From a virus, in IMG/VR virus record IMGVR_UViG_3300028591_000058: a DNA stretch of 33,429 bases; one strand, written 5' to 3'. Positions 1 to 8,823 of this stretch are shown in pieces. The notes below the pieces were generated by a model. The model searched no databases. It saw only the letters and a program-made list of their open reading frames with translations, and was not told where the DNA came from. Both the position numbers and the translations under genes were made by a program. Position 1 is the first letter of the stretch, and each line of letters begins with the position of its first letter.

Positions 1-127
1 TAAAGGTGAAATAATGGAAACGTGGATTATTAAAGAACACGTTGTTGAATACATAGACGAAACACATACTTATTTATGCGACGGGGTAGTATTACCAAGT
101 ATTACACAGATTTTAAAAATCAAGTTT
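1..127. repeat. Terminal duplication: nt 1-127 are identical to nt 33303-33429, consistent with a circular or circularly assembled genome of 33,302 bp
   Basis: Direct comparison of the first 127 nt with the last 127 nt; the duplicated part carries the RBS and 5' end of the exonuclease gene. Confidence 0.95.
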
Positions 128-607
128 GGCAAGAAATACGATACAGTTAGTCAAGAAGTATTACAACGTGCTTCTGAATTAGGAACGGCAACGCATAAAG
201 CAATAGAAGATTATTGTAAATTAGGAATAGAAAGTGATTTAAAAGAATTACGAAATTTTAAATTTTTACAAAAGCAATTTAAGTTTAAAGTCATTGATAA
301 TGAATTACCTATTATTTTATTTTACAATAATAAGCCTGTTGCGTGTGGTCGTTTAGATTTAGTATTAGATGATGAAAAATTAGGCTTAATGTTAGGTGAC
401 ATCAAGCGAACAAGTGTATTAGATAAGGAATATTTAGCTTACCAATTAAACCTTTATAAAATAGGCTACGAACAATGTTATCAAAAAGAAATAAAAGCAT
501 TAAAAGGCTTGCATTTAAGGGAAGATGTAAGAAAGTATGTTGATATACCTATTAATGAAAATATGGCTTTAGAGTTATTACAGAGGTATTTACAAAATGG
601 AAAATAA
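14..607 (+). CDS. PD-(D/E)XK-family exonuclease (RecB/Cas4-like phage recombination nuclease)
   Basis: 197 aa. Nuclease-core-like motifs GRLDLVLDD ... GDIKRT ... YQLNLY. Lies directly downstream of Erf across the circular junction; TAATG start/stop overlap with the upstream ORF. Confidence 0.7.
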   Translation: METWIIKEHVVEYIDETHTYLCDGVVLPSITQILKIKFGKKYDTVSQEVLQRASELGTATHKAIEDYCKLGIESDLKELRNFKFLQKQFKFKVIDNELPIILFYNNKPVACGRLDLVLDDEKLGLMLGDIKRTSVLDKEYLAYQLNLYKIGYEQCYQKEIKALKGLHLREDVRKYVDIPINENMALELLQRYLQNGK

Positions 608-1331
608 ATATTATTGGCTTAAATTAAAAAAAGATTTCTTTAAAAGACACGACATAAAGATAATTGAAGCTATGCCTAACGGCAAAGACTACATTCTATT
701 CTATCTCAAATTATTATGCGAAAGCGTAGACCACGAGGGCAATTTAAGATTTAGTGATGAAATACCATATAACGAAGAAATGTTATCAATAATTACTAAC
801 ACAAACATTGATGTTGTAAGAAGTGCCATAAAGGTATTTAGTGAATTAAATATGTTAGAAATATTAGATAATGGAACTTATTATATGAGTGAAGTTTATA
901 AAATGATTGGTTGTGAAACTGAATGGGCTAAAAAGAAACGTGAATATAGGGACAAGAAAAAGGAATTAGGACAATGTCCTCAAAATGTCCTTACAATGTC
1001 CGATAAGAGTATAGAGATAGATAAAGAGATAGATAAAGATATAGATAAAGAATTAAAAAAAGAAGATAAAGAAAAAAAGACACGCCATAAGTTTGGAACT
1101 TACGGACGTGTCAAGCTCACAGATGATGAATATAAAAGATTATGCGATGAATACAATAAAGGTTATATAGATAGGGTTATTCAAGCATTAGATGAATATG
1201 TCGAAAGTAATAACAACAAAAATAAATATACAAACTTTAATTTAGTTATTAGAAAAGCAATTAAAGACCATTGGTTTAATGTGCCTGAAAAAACACTAGA
1301 AGAAGAGGGAATATTTATTGAAAGATTATAA
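597..1331 (+). CDS. Phage replisome organizer (N-terminal Phage_rep_org_N-like domain, charged linker, C-terminal DnaD-like region)
   Basis: N-terminus YYWLKLKKDFFKRHDIKIIEAMPNGKDYILFYLKLL matches the replisome-organizer N-domain as I recall it. Position is between the recombination genes and SSB. Confidence 0.7.
   Translation: MENKYYWLKLKKDFFKRHDIKIIEAMPNGKDYILFYLKLLCESVDHEGNLRFSDEIPYNEEMLSIITNTNIDVVRSAIKVFSELNMLEILDNGTYYMSEVYKMIGCETEWAKKKREYRDKKKELGQCPQNVLTMSDKSIEIDKEIDKDIDKELKKEDKEKKTRHKFGTYGRVKLTDDEYKRLCDEYNKGYIDRVIQALDEYVESNNNKNKYTNFNLVIRKAIKDHWFNVPEKTLEEEGIFIERL
972..1056. repeat. Iteron-like direct repeats inside the replisome organizer gene: 3x (C/A)AATGTCC at 11-bp phasing, then 3x 12-bp GA(G/T)ATAGATAAA units
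   Basis: Read directly: caatgtcc at 972, aaatgtcc at 983 and caatgtcc at 994, followed by gagatagataaa gagatagataaa gatatagataaa. Confidence 0.6.
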
Positions 1332-1348
1332 AAAGGGGAAAAGAAAAA

Positions 1349-1723
1349 ATGGAAAAGAAATTCACAAAAAAAGAATTGGAAATTTTAATTGATTTAGTAG
1401 ATGAAGAATTAGGGGAAGCTAAAAAACTTTTTGATGAAACAAAAGAAGAAAACATTAAAAAAAGATTGCTTCTATTAGATGATGTAAAGCAAGAATTAAT
1501 TTCAACACCTGAAACTAAAGAAATTCAATTAGGGGTAGAAATAGGAAAATTAAGCACTAATTACAGTTTTAAATATATATATGATTTCTTAACGCATAAA
1601 GCAAATAATTGTTTATATTTTGATGTTTTAAGAAATTTATATGACAAATTCGATTATAGTATGGTAAATGGATTAATTATTCAATTAGGCAATAAGATGT
1701 ATGAGGTAAAAGAAAATGAATAA
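1349..1723 (+). CDS. Hypothetical protein
   Basis: 124 aa ORF with an AAGGGGAAAAG-type RBS, in the co-oriented early operon; no recognisable motif. Confidence 0.6.
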   Translation: MEKKFTKKELEILIDLVDEELGEAKKLFDETKEENIKKRLLLLDDVKQELISTPETKEIQLGVEIGKLSTNYSFKYIYDFLTHKANNCLYFDVLRNLYDKFDYSMVNGLIIQLGNKMYEVKENE

Positions 1724-2156
1724 GAAAGTATTAGTAAATGAAATTTTAGATTTATACGATACCATTGAGGGATTAAAAAATAAATTATCAAAATACGAAA
1801 ACACTACACAACAAATTGATTGCAAAAATGAAGAAACCGAAAAAGACAAGACAATTAAAGAATTAAATAATAAGGCAAAACAACTTTTATTTAGTAATGT
1901 ATTTATGGATTGGAGATTAAATTATACAAGCGTTGAAGTAAAAGAAGATGACGGCGAATTTAATTTTTTAACATTCGAACAATGGCTTAAAGCATTAAAA
2001 AATAATGATGTAATTAGAAGTGATTTTGAATATTTATTAGAAACTTTAACATTTAATGATTTAAAACAATATTTCGAAGTAGAATTTAATAATTATTTTA
2101 ACAAAAGAGTAAATGAAAAGAAAATGGAAATTGTGAGGGCAAAGAAAGATGAATAG
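1716..2156 (+). CDS. Hypothetical protein
   Basis: 146 aa ORF; start overlaps the upstream stop (translational coupling); no recognisable motif. Confidence 0.6.
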   Translation: MNKKVLVNEILDLYDTIEGLKNKLSKYENTTQQIDCKNEETEKDKTIKELNNKAKQLLFSNVFMDWRLNYTSVEVKEDDGEFNFLTFEQWLKALKNNDVIRSDFEYLLETLTFNDLKQYFEVEFNNYFNKRVNEKKMEIVRAKKDE

Positions 2157-2580
2157 TGTAAATTTAACAGGTCGTATTACAAAAGACCCTGAATTAAAAT
2201 ACTCACCTAATAATAACGCTTATGTGATGTTTACACTAGCAGTTGATAGAGGTTATAAAGACAAAGACGGAAACAAGCAATCCGATTTTATATCTTGTGT
2301 TGCGTGGTATAATCAAGCAGATTTTATAAGCAAGTATGTAAAAAAAGGAAATATGCTTGAAGTATCGGGGTCAATTCAAGTAAGAAATTATAAATTAGAT
2401 AACGGCGAAAATAGAACAATGGTTGAAATAGTAGTAGATAGTGTAAGCAATCTAACGCCAAGACCAAAAGAAGAAAAGCCCGCACCACAAGAGCCTAACA
2501 CATTTAATCCACAATATCAAACACCACAAAATCAAAATCAAGATATATCTATGGTTGATGATGAAGATTTACCATTTTAA
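2149..2580 (+). CDS. ssb: Single-stranded DNA-binding protein
   Basis: OB-fold SSB N-terminus (MNSVNLTGRITKDPELKYSPNNNAYVMFTLAV), Q/P-rich linker and the canonical acidic tail DDEDLPF. Confidence 0.9.
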   Translation: MNSVNLTGRITKDPELKYSPNNNAYVMFTLAVDRGYKDKDGNKQSDFISCVAWYNQADFISKYVKKGNMLEVSGSIQVRNYKLDNGENRTMVEIVVDSVSNLTPRPKEEKPAPQEPNTFNPQYQTPQNQNQDISMVDDEDLPF

Positions 2581-2582
2581 TT

Positions 2583-2870
2583 ATGAAAAGATTTAGTATT
2601 TTACAAAAAGAAATGAACGAATGTTATTTTTGTGGGGCTACTAAAAATTTACATATACACGAAGTATTTTTTGGCACGGCTAACAGACAATTAAGTATTA
2701 AGTATGGTTGTTGTGTTAGCTTGTGTGCCATACATCATAATTTAAGTAATGCAAGCGTTCATTTTAATAGAGATATGGATTTAAACCTTAAAAGGGAAAT
2801 GCAAAAGAAATTTATTGAGGTTTACCCTGAATTAGATTTCTTAAAAATATTTAGAAAAAGTTATTTATAG
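2583..2870 (+). CDS. Small Cys/His zinc-binding protein, possibly an HNH/NinG-like nuclease fold
   Basis: 95 aa with CYFCG ... HIHEVFFG ... CCVSLCAIHH, i.e. a CxxC plus His-rich pattern; family assignment uncertain. Confidence 0.4.
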   Translation: MKRFSILQKEMNECYFCGATKNLHIHEVFFGTANRQLSIKYGCCVSLCAIHHNLSNASVHFNRDMDLNLKREMQKKFIEVYPELDFLKIFRKSYL

Positions 2871-2878
2871 GGGGGGTA

Positions 2879-3115
2879 ATGACAATGACACAGTGCGAAA
2901 GAATAGTTGAATATATGAAAATGTTTGGCAGTATATCACCATTAGAAGCATTTAGGGATTTAGGAATTACAAAACTTGCTACACGAATTAGTGAAATGAG
3001 AAAAACGGGAATGACGTTCGAACAAGAATATGTTAAATCAAAAAATCGTTTTGGTGAAGATGTTTATTTTATGAGATATTTTTTACCAAAAGAGGACAAG
3101 AAAGATGAAAATTGA
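2879..3115 (+). CDS. Small helix-turn-helix DNA-binding protein
   Basis: 78 aa. The segment LEAFRDLGITKLATRISEMRKTG resembles the phage HTH family with the RISELR motif. The ATG at 2885 has better spacing from the G7 RBS (2870-2876), so the start may be 2885. Confidence 0.55.
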   Translation: MTMTQCERIVEYMKMFGSISPLEAFRDLGITKLATRISEMRKTGMTFEQEYVKSKNRFGEDVYFMRYFLPKEDKKDEN

Positions 3116-3290
3116 AATAAGAAGTTTTTTTGATTGGCACGAAGCAACAAAAGAAATAGCTTTAATATTCTGTAATGAAATGATTAAATCAGGTATGCCA
3201 AATATTGACCCTAATAAAAGGATTGAAAGAATTAATAAACATCATTTAAGGGGAATTACATACGAAGAATTAAAAAAGCAGGTGAAATAA
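3105..3290 (+). CDS. Hypothetical protein
   Basis: 61 aa ORF overlapping the upstream stop, co-oriented. Confidence 0.45.
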   Translation: MKIEIRSFFDWHEATKEIALIFCNEMIKSGMPNIDPNKRIERINKHHLRGITYEELKKQVK

Positions 3291-3292
3291 AA

Positions 3293-4887
<1,595 letters not shown>

Positions 4888-4888
4888 T

Positions 4889-5110
4889 ATGAAAGATGAA
4901 TTAGTCGAATGTGCTTTCAATCAACAAGCTAAAAGGTCAAATTGTGTTGCATACTGTGAAAATCATAAATGCTATTTAACTATATTACATTTAAAAAATA
5001 TGAAATGTTTACAGAAACAATGCAATTATTTAAGAAAAGAAACTACACATAAATTTTGGCTTGAACGAGAAGAAAAAAAGAAAAAGAAAAGAGCAAATAA
5101 AAATGTATGA
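4889..5110 (+). CDS. Small Cys-rich hypothetical protein with a Lys-rich tail
   Basis: The ATG at 4889 follows the GGGGG RBS (4879-4883). The ORF-track start at 4871 lies inside the upstream gene. Seven Cys residues. Confidence 0.5.
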   Translation: MKDELVECAFNQQAKRSNCVAYCENHKCYLTILHLKNMKCLQKQCNYLRKETTHKFWLEREEKKKKKRANKNV

Positions 5111-5270
5111 TGAAAAAGATTATTTAAAATATCTAATAGACAAAGTAGAAGAAAATCATAATGAAAATAATTTTCTTGAAGAAAAAATTTATCAGGATTG
5201 TTTAGATAAATTTAGATTGATGTTAAAGAATAAAAGACAATTAAATTATTATAAAAGAGGTAGAAGATGA
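5103..5270 (+). CDS. Hypothetical protein
   Basis: ATG at 5103 (ATGTATGA overlap with the upstream stop) is preferred over the TTG-type start at 5061. Confidence 0.4.
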   Translation: MYDEKDYLKYLIDKVEENHNENNFLEEKIYQDCLDKFRLMLKNKRQLNYYKRGRR

Positions 5271-5500
5271 GTAAAGAATTAGAAGAAATTAAAACATTAA
5301 GAGGTTTTAATCAAGTTGAATTAAATAATGATAAAAATATAAATAAATCACTTGATGTTATTGAACAAGCCTTACTAAAAGCAGATAAAAATAAAAAGAT
5401 TATAGATGAATTAAAAACGCTTGTTAAATATGCAGATTTGGGTAAACAAAAAATTATTAGTTTAGCAGTTTTAAAAAACGCATTAAAAGAGGTTTTATAA
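5267..5500 (+). CDS. Hypothetical coiled-coil protein
   Basis: 77 aa ORF with an ATGA overlap. Confidence 0.5.
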   Translation: MSKELEEIKTLRGFNQVELNNDKNINKSLDVIEQALLKADKNKKIIDELKTLVKYADLGKQKIISLAVLKNALKEVL

Positions 5501-5501
5501 A

Positions 5502-5918
5502 ATGAGTAAAATAGAAGCATTAAAAGAATTAAAACATTGGAAAGAAACAAATAATGAAAATGGTGTTGTATGGCTTCCTTTATTTGCAGTTGAAAATATT
5601 GAAGAAGCATTGGAGGAATTAGAACAGATTAAGGAAACAAAACCTAGTGAAGCGATGAAGTGTTTGCATACAATAGCATTTAATCTTTCGTTTATAATAG
5701 GTGTTAATTTTGAAAATGAAATTGAAACTATTAAACAAGCATTATTAAAGGCACAAGAGCAAGAAAAGGTATTAAATGTTATTAAAGGAAAAATAATTTG
5801 GAATGAAAATGATAAATTAATGTGTGGTAGATATGCCGACACTGAAATAGAACTTGAAGAAGAAGATTTTGAAAATAAAGAAGAATTTAATACATTAAGA
5901 GGTATGTTAGATGACTAA
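5502..5918 (+). CDS. Hypothetical protein
   Basis: 138 aa ORF immediately after the upstream stop. Confidence 0.55.
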   Translation: MSKIEALKELKHWKETNNENGVVWLPLFAVENIEEALEELEQIKETKPSEAMKCLHTIAFNLSFIIGVNFENEIETIKQALLKAQEQEKVLNVIKGKIIWNENDKLMCGRYADTEIELEEEDFENKEEFNTLRGMLDD

Positions 5919-6246
5919 ATATAAATTGCCTTTACATATTAAAAATTATGTTAAATGTGAATTGTATAATTTTAATAAAAATAAAGTATTATTAAAAGAC
6001 TTGCAGAAGCAAAAAGAAAATGAAATTAATACAAGAACATTGTTGATTGCTACACAAAAAATAAATATGATTGAAAATGTTGTAAATAGATTATCAAAAG
6101 AAGAAAAAGAATTAATAGAAATTATATTTTTCAATAAAACAAATCAAGTCAAAGCAGAAGCATATTATTACATATCTAAAGACGCTTATTATAATATGAT
6201 GAATAAAATGTTATATTTAACGGCAATCGAATTTAATTTAATCTAA
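5911..6246 (+). CDS. RinA/ArpU-type late-gene transcriptional activator (putative)
   Basis: 111 aa. The ELYNFNKNK motif and the C-terminal ISKDAYYNMMNKMLYLTAIEFNLI resemble the RinA family. Position is just upstream of the HNH/terminase late region. Confidence 0.5.
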   Translation: MTKYKLPLHIKNYVKCELYNFNKNKVLLKDLQKQKENEINTRTLLIATQKINMIENVVNRLSKEEKELIEIIFFNKTNQVKAEAYYYISKDAYYNMMNKMLYLTAIEFNLI

Positions 6247-6305
6247 AAAAAATCCGAAATTTTAACATAGTTAAAGATTTATAATTAAAATAGAGGTGAT
6301 TAATT

Positions 6306-6542
6306 ATGAATAATCGTTTATATGACATTTTAAAATGGATTTCTGTAATAGTTATACCTGCGTTAGTTTGCTTAATTAATACATTAGGTCAAACGTGGGG
6401 TTGGCAATACACAAAAGAAATAACAATAACTATTGGTGCAATCGGTGTTTTCATTGGTGCAGTAATTCAAGTATCAAGTGCGAAATATAATAAGAGCCAA
6501 GAAGTAAAAGAAGATGAAAATAATAATAATAACAATAATTAG
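6306..6542 (+). CDS. Holin, Dp-1 family-like
   Basis: LYDILKWISVIVIPALVCLINTLGQTWGWQYTKEITITIGAIGVFIGAVIQVSS matches the Dp-1 holin pattern as I recall it. Two TM segments; poly-Asn tail. Confidence 0.65.
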   Translation: MNNRLYDILKWISVIVIPALVCLINTLGQTWGWQYTKEITITIGAIGVFIGAVIQVSSAKYNKSQEVKEDENNNNNNN

Positions 6543-6627
6543 TGTATTTGTTTTATTTCTTATATTAGCATTTTATGGTGCATTAAAAATAAGTAGTAAA
6601 ATATCAAGAGAAGAAGAACAGGATTAA
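6514..6627 (+). CDS. Possible 37-aa single-TM peptide overlapping the holin 3' end (not in the ORF track)
   Basis: My translation: MKIIIITIISVFVLFLILAFYGALKISSKISREEEQD. It fills an otherwise empty 141-bp gap. The RBS is weak, and T-rich sequence can mimic TM peptides. Confidence 0.3.
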   Translation: MKIIIITIISVFVLFLILAFYGALKISSKISREEEQD

Positions 6628-6683
6628 ATATATTAAGACATAAATTGAAGCGTCTTAAAATCGAATTTAAGAGGTGGCAATAA

Positions 6684-7052
6684 ATGGCAATAATGAAATC
6701 TTGTAGCCGTTGCGGGAAAATTCACGCATACAATTATAAATGCTATGTCGGTAAAGTATATAAAAAAAATAGTATAGATAATTTAAGGTCAAGCTATGCG
6801 TGGACGCAAAAGGCGGAAGAAATAAAAAGAGCAAGTAATTATTTATGTGCTATATGTTTACAAGAGGGGATTTATAATTATCAAGAATTAGAAACACATC
6901 ACATTGTTAAATTACAGGTAGACCCTGAAAAGCTATTAGATAATTATAATTTAATATGTTTATGCAAATATCATCACAGAAAAGCAGATGACGGGGAAAT
7001 AGACCAAGATTTATTATTGAGGTTAGCAAAAGAAAGGGAAGATAAACAATGA
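6684..7052 (+). CDS. HNH endonuclease (packaging-associated type)
   Basis: CSRCGKIH ... CAICL ... THHIVKL ... CLCKYHHRKAD; GAGGTGG RBS; location upstream of the terminase genes as in HK97-like cos phages. Confidence 0.8.
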   Translation: MAIMKSCSRCGKIHAYNYKCYVGKVYKKNSIDNLRSSYAWTQKAEEIKRASNYLCAICLQEGIYNYQELETHHIVKLQVDPEKLLDNYNLICLCKYHHRKADDGEIDQDLLLRLAKEREDKQ

Positions 7053-7267
7053 GTGATAAAGAAATATTAGCTTTAATAAAAGAGAAACGTTATAACGCTT
7101 ATTGCGATTATGAATATAATATAGGACTTAATATGAGAGATAATAACAGGCAATCATATAATGCAAGAAAAGAAACTATTAAAGGGCTAGTAAATCAAAT
7201 TAATGTTTATGATGATTTAATTATTATTATAGAAAATCAAATTGCAAGAGAGGGGAAAAGTAAATAA
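7049..7267 (+). CDS. Hypothetical protein
   Basis: 72 aa ORF with an ATGA overlap. Confidence 0.5.
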   Translation: MSDKEILALIKEKRYNAYCDYEYNIGLNMRDNNRQSYNARKETIKGLVNQINVYDDLIIIIENQIAREGKSK

Positions 7268-7527
7268 TGGAATTAAAAGACACAATATCATTAATGACAA
7301 GTGCAGACTATAAAGAAAGATTTATAGCGGAATATTTACAGGTAAAGATAAGATACAACAAATTATTAAATATGCTTATGAAATGGGACAAAGGCGAATT
7401 AGATTTTAAACCTAGTGTGCCAAGAATGTATTATAATAAACAAATTGTATCAATGAATGATTATATTAAGGTATTAGAAGATAGAGCCAAGATTGAAAAG
7501 ATAGATTTATCAAAATACACAATCTAA
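7267..7527 (+). CDS. Conserved phage hypothetical protein
   Basis: 86 aa. MTSADYKERFIAEYLQVKIRYNKLLNML resembles a widespread small phage family of unknown function. Confidence 0.55.
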   Translation: MELKDTISLMTSADYKERFIAEYLQVKIRYNKLLNMLMKWDKGELDFKPSVPRMYYNKQIVSMNDYIKVLEDRAKIEKIDLSKYTI

Positions 7528-7758
7528 AAAAACAAAATCTAGTAATCTAACGTCTAACAGTAAAAATCCCCCCCTATGTTTTGGAAGAAAAAAACAAAAA
7601 GCGAACAAGACAAACCGCCCACATTCGAATACAAAAAACATTAATTTTTAAAGTTTTTTTGGAAAAAGTCGATAAAACGTTCAAATTTCAACGAAAAATG
7701 CAGTAAAAAGGCTAAAAAATAGCTTAAAATTAAAAAGGGGACAAATTGAGGTGTTTAT
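7528..7758 (+). promoter_or_regulatory. 231-bp non-coding region: candidate cos and/or promoter-operator region for the accessory operon
   Basis: No ORF. AATCTA occurs 3 times (7521, 7536, 7544). A C7 run lies at 7568-7574, within an A/purine-rich plus strand. AAACGTTCAAA...ACGAAAAA (7675-7698) is shared with the immunity region. Confidence 0.3.
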
Positions 7759-8823
7759 ATGACTAATAGAAAATTAAAAATTGAATATATACCTATTAAT
7801 GATTTAAGACCTTACGAGAATAACGCAAAGATACATACACAGGAACAAATAGAACAAATCAAACAATCAATTCAAGAATTCGGAATGAATGACCCAATAG
7901 CATTATGGAAAGATAACATAATTATTGAGGGTCACGGTCGATTGCTTGCGTGTCAATCTTTAGGAATAAAAGAAGTCCCTATTATTAGATTAGATGATTT
8001 AACAGATGATGAACGCAAAGCCTACACTCTTATTCATAACAAGCTAACAATGAATACAGATTTCGATATTGATATTTTAAATGCCGAATTAGAAGCAATA
8101 GAAATTGATATGTCGGATTTTGGTTTTGATATAGGGACATTAGATGATTTAGAAAATGAAGATTTTGAAGATGACGGTTATTATGGGGACGAAAGGGAAA
8201 GAACGAACAGAGCTTATAATCTTGATTTAATCGAAAATCTTACAAATGACTTTTGGCAAATGCCTATTATTGAAAATGATGATTTCATACCAAGCGATTT
8301 AATAGGCTTTAATTATGCCAAGTCAAGTGATAATAAAAATTGTGGAATTCACTTTTACGTTGACGATTACCAATTCGAACGTATATGGAATTACCCTGAA
8401 AAGTATATTGAAGTATTAAGAGAATATGAATGTATATTAAGCCCTGATTTTAGTTTATATCTTGATATGCCTATGCCTATGAAGATATGGAACATTTACA
8501 GGTCAAGATTAGTCGGACAATATTTTCAATCAAATGGAATTAAAGTTATACCGACAATTTCGTGGGCGGAAAAAGAAACATTTAGTTTTTGCTTTAAGGG
8601 AATACCTAAAGGCTCAATAGTAAGCATTTCAACAATAGGTGTTAAACAAGACCAAAACGCTTTACAAATATGGCGTGACGGGGTAGATGAAATGATTAAA
8701 CAAATAGAGCCGAAAGCAATTTTAATTTATGGTGGCAAGTTAGAATATGACTTTAAAGATATAAAAGTTTATTATTATGACAATAAGGTCACTGAAAATT
8801 GGCAGAAAGGGGGCGAAGAATAA
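7759..8823 (+). CDS. ParB N-terminal (ParB-like nuclease) domain fused to a DUF4417-like C-terminal domain
   Basis: N-terminus: IPINDLRPYENNAKIH ... IIIEGHGRLLA ... (ParB/Srx fold). C-terminus: HFYVDDYQFERIW, SPDFSLY, VIPTISW, ILIYGG, which I recall as DUF4417. GAGGTG RBS. Confidence 0.7.
   Translation: MTNRKLKIEYIPINDLRPYENNAKIHTQEQIEQIKQSIQEFGMNDPIALWKDNIIIEGHGRLLACQSLGIKEVPIIRLDDLTDDERKAYTLIHNKLTMNTDFDIDILNAELEAIEIDMSDFGFDIGTLDDLENEDFEDDGYYGDERERTNRAYNLDLIENLTNDFWQMPIIENDDFIPSDLIGFNYAKSSDNKNCGIHFYVDDYQFERIWNYPEKYIEVLREYECILSPDFSLYLDMPMPMKIWNIYRSRLVGQYFQSNGIKVIPTISWAEKETFSFCFKGIPKGSIVSISTIGVKQDQNALQIWRDGVDEMIKQIEPKAILIYGGKLEYDFKDIKVYYYDNKVTENWQKGGEE

Noticed and set aside
1011-1056. Tandem 12-bp repeats considered as a CRISPR-like or minisatellite array
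   Set aside because: The units are far too short, have no spacers and lie in-frame inside a gene, encoding the IEIDKEIDKDIDKE linker. They are better explained as coding repeats and/or iterons. No CRISPR array exists in the window.
5050-5110. Long A-rich tract (gaagaaaaaaagaaaaagaaaag) considered as a frameshift site linking 4889-5110 to 5061-5270
   Set aside because: The downstream ORF has its own ATG (5103) overlapping the upstream stop in the usual coupled arrangement. The A-tract simply encodes a poly-Lys tail, and there is no phase-appropriate X_XXY_YYZ heptamer with a functional rationale.
5267-5918. Shared I(E/K)QALLKA motif between ORFs 5267-5500 and 5502-5918, considered as evidence of tandem gene duplication
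   Set aside because: Only about 8 residues match in otherwise unalignable helical, K/E-rich proteins. That is too short to call paralogy by eye.
6517-6540. AAT-rich simple repeat (poly-Asn tail of the holin) considered as a slipped-strand phase-variation tract
   Set aside because: The run is short and interrupted (aat aat aat aac aat aat). Length changes in units of 3 would stay in frame, so there is no evidence for a contingency locus.
7621-7635. TTCGAAT, reminiscent of a tRNA T-loop, in the 7528-7758 gap
   Set aside because: No flanking complementary T-stem, acceptor stem or D-arm could be drawn. I found no tRNA-like cloverleaf anywhere in the window.
8799-8822. ORF-track start at 8799 for the zincin gene; the same issue applies to the upstream-extended starts at 4871, 5061, 15618, 17687, 23596, 24839 and 28472
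   Set aside because: These extended starts lie inside the preceding gene and lack RBS spacing. Downstream ATGs with GGAGG/GGTGA-type RBSs at 5-10 nt, or TAATG/ATGA coupling, are more plausible.
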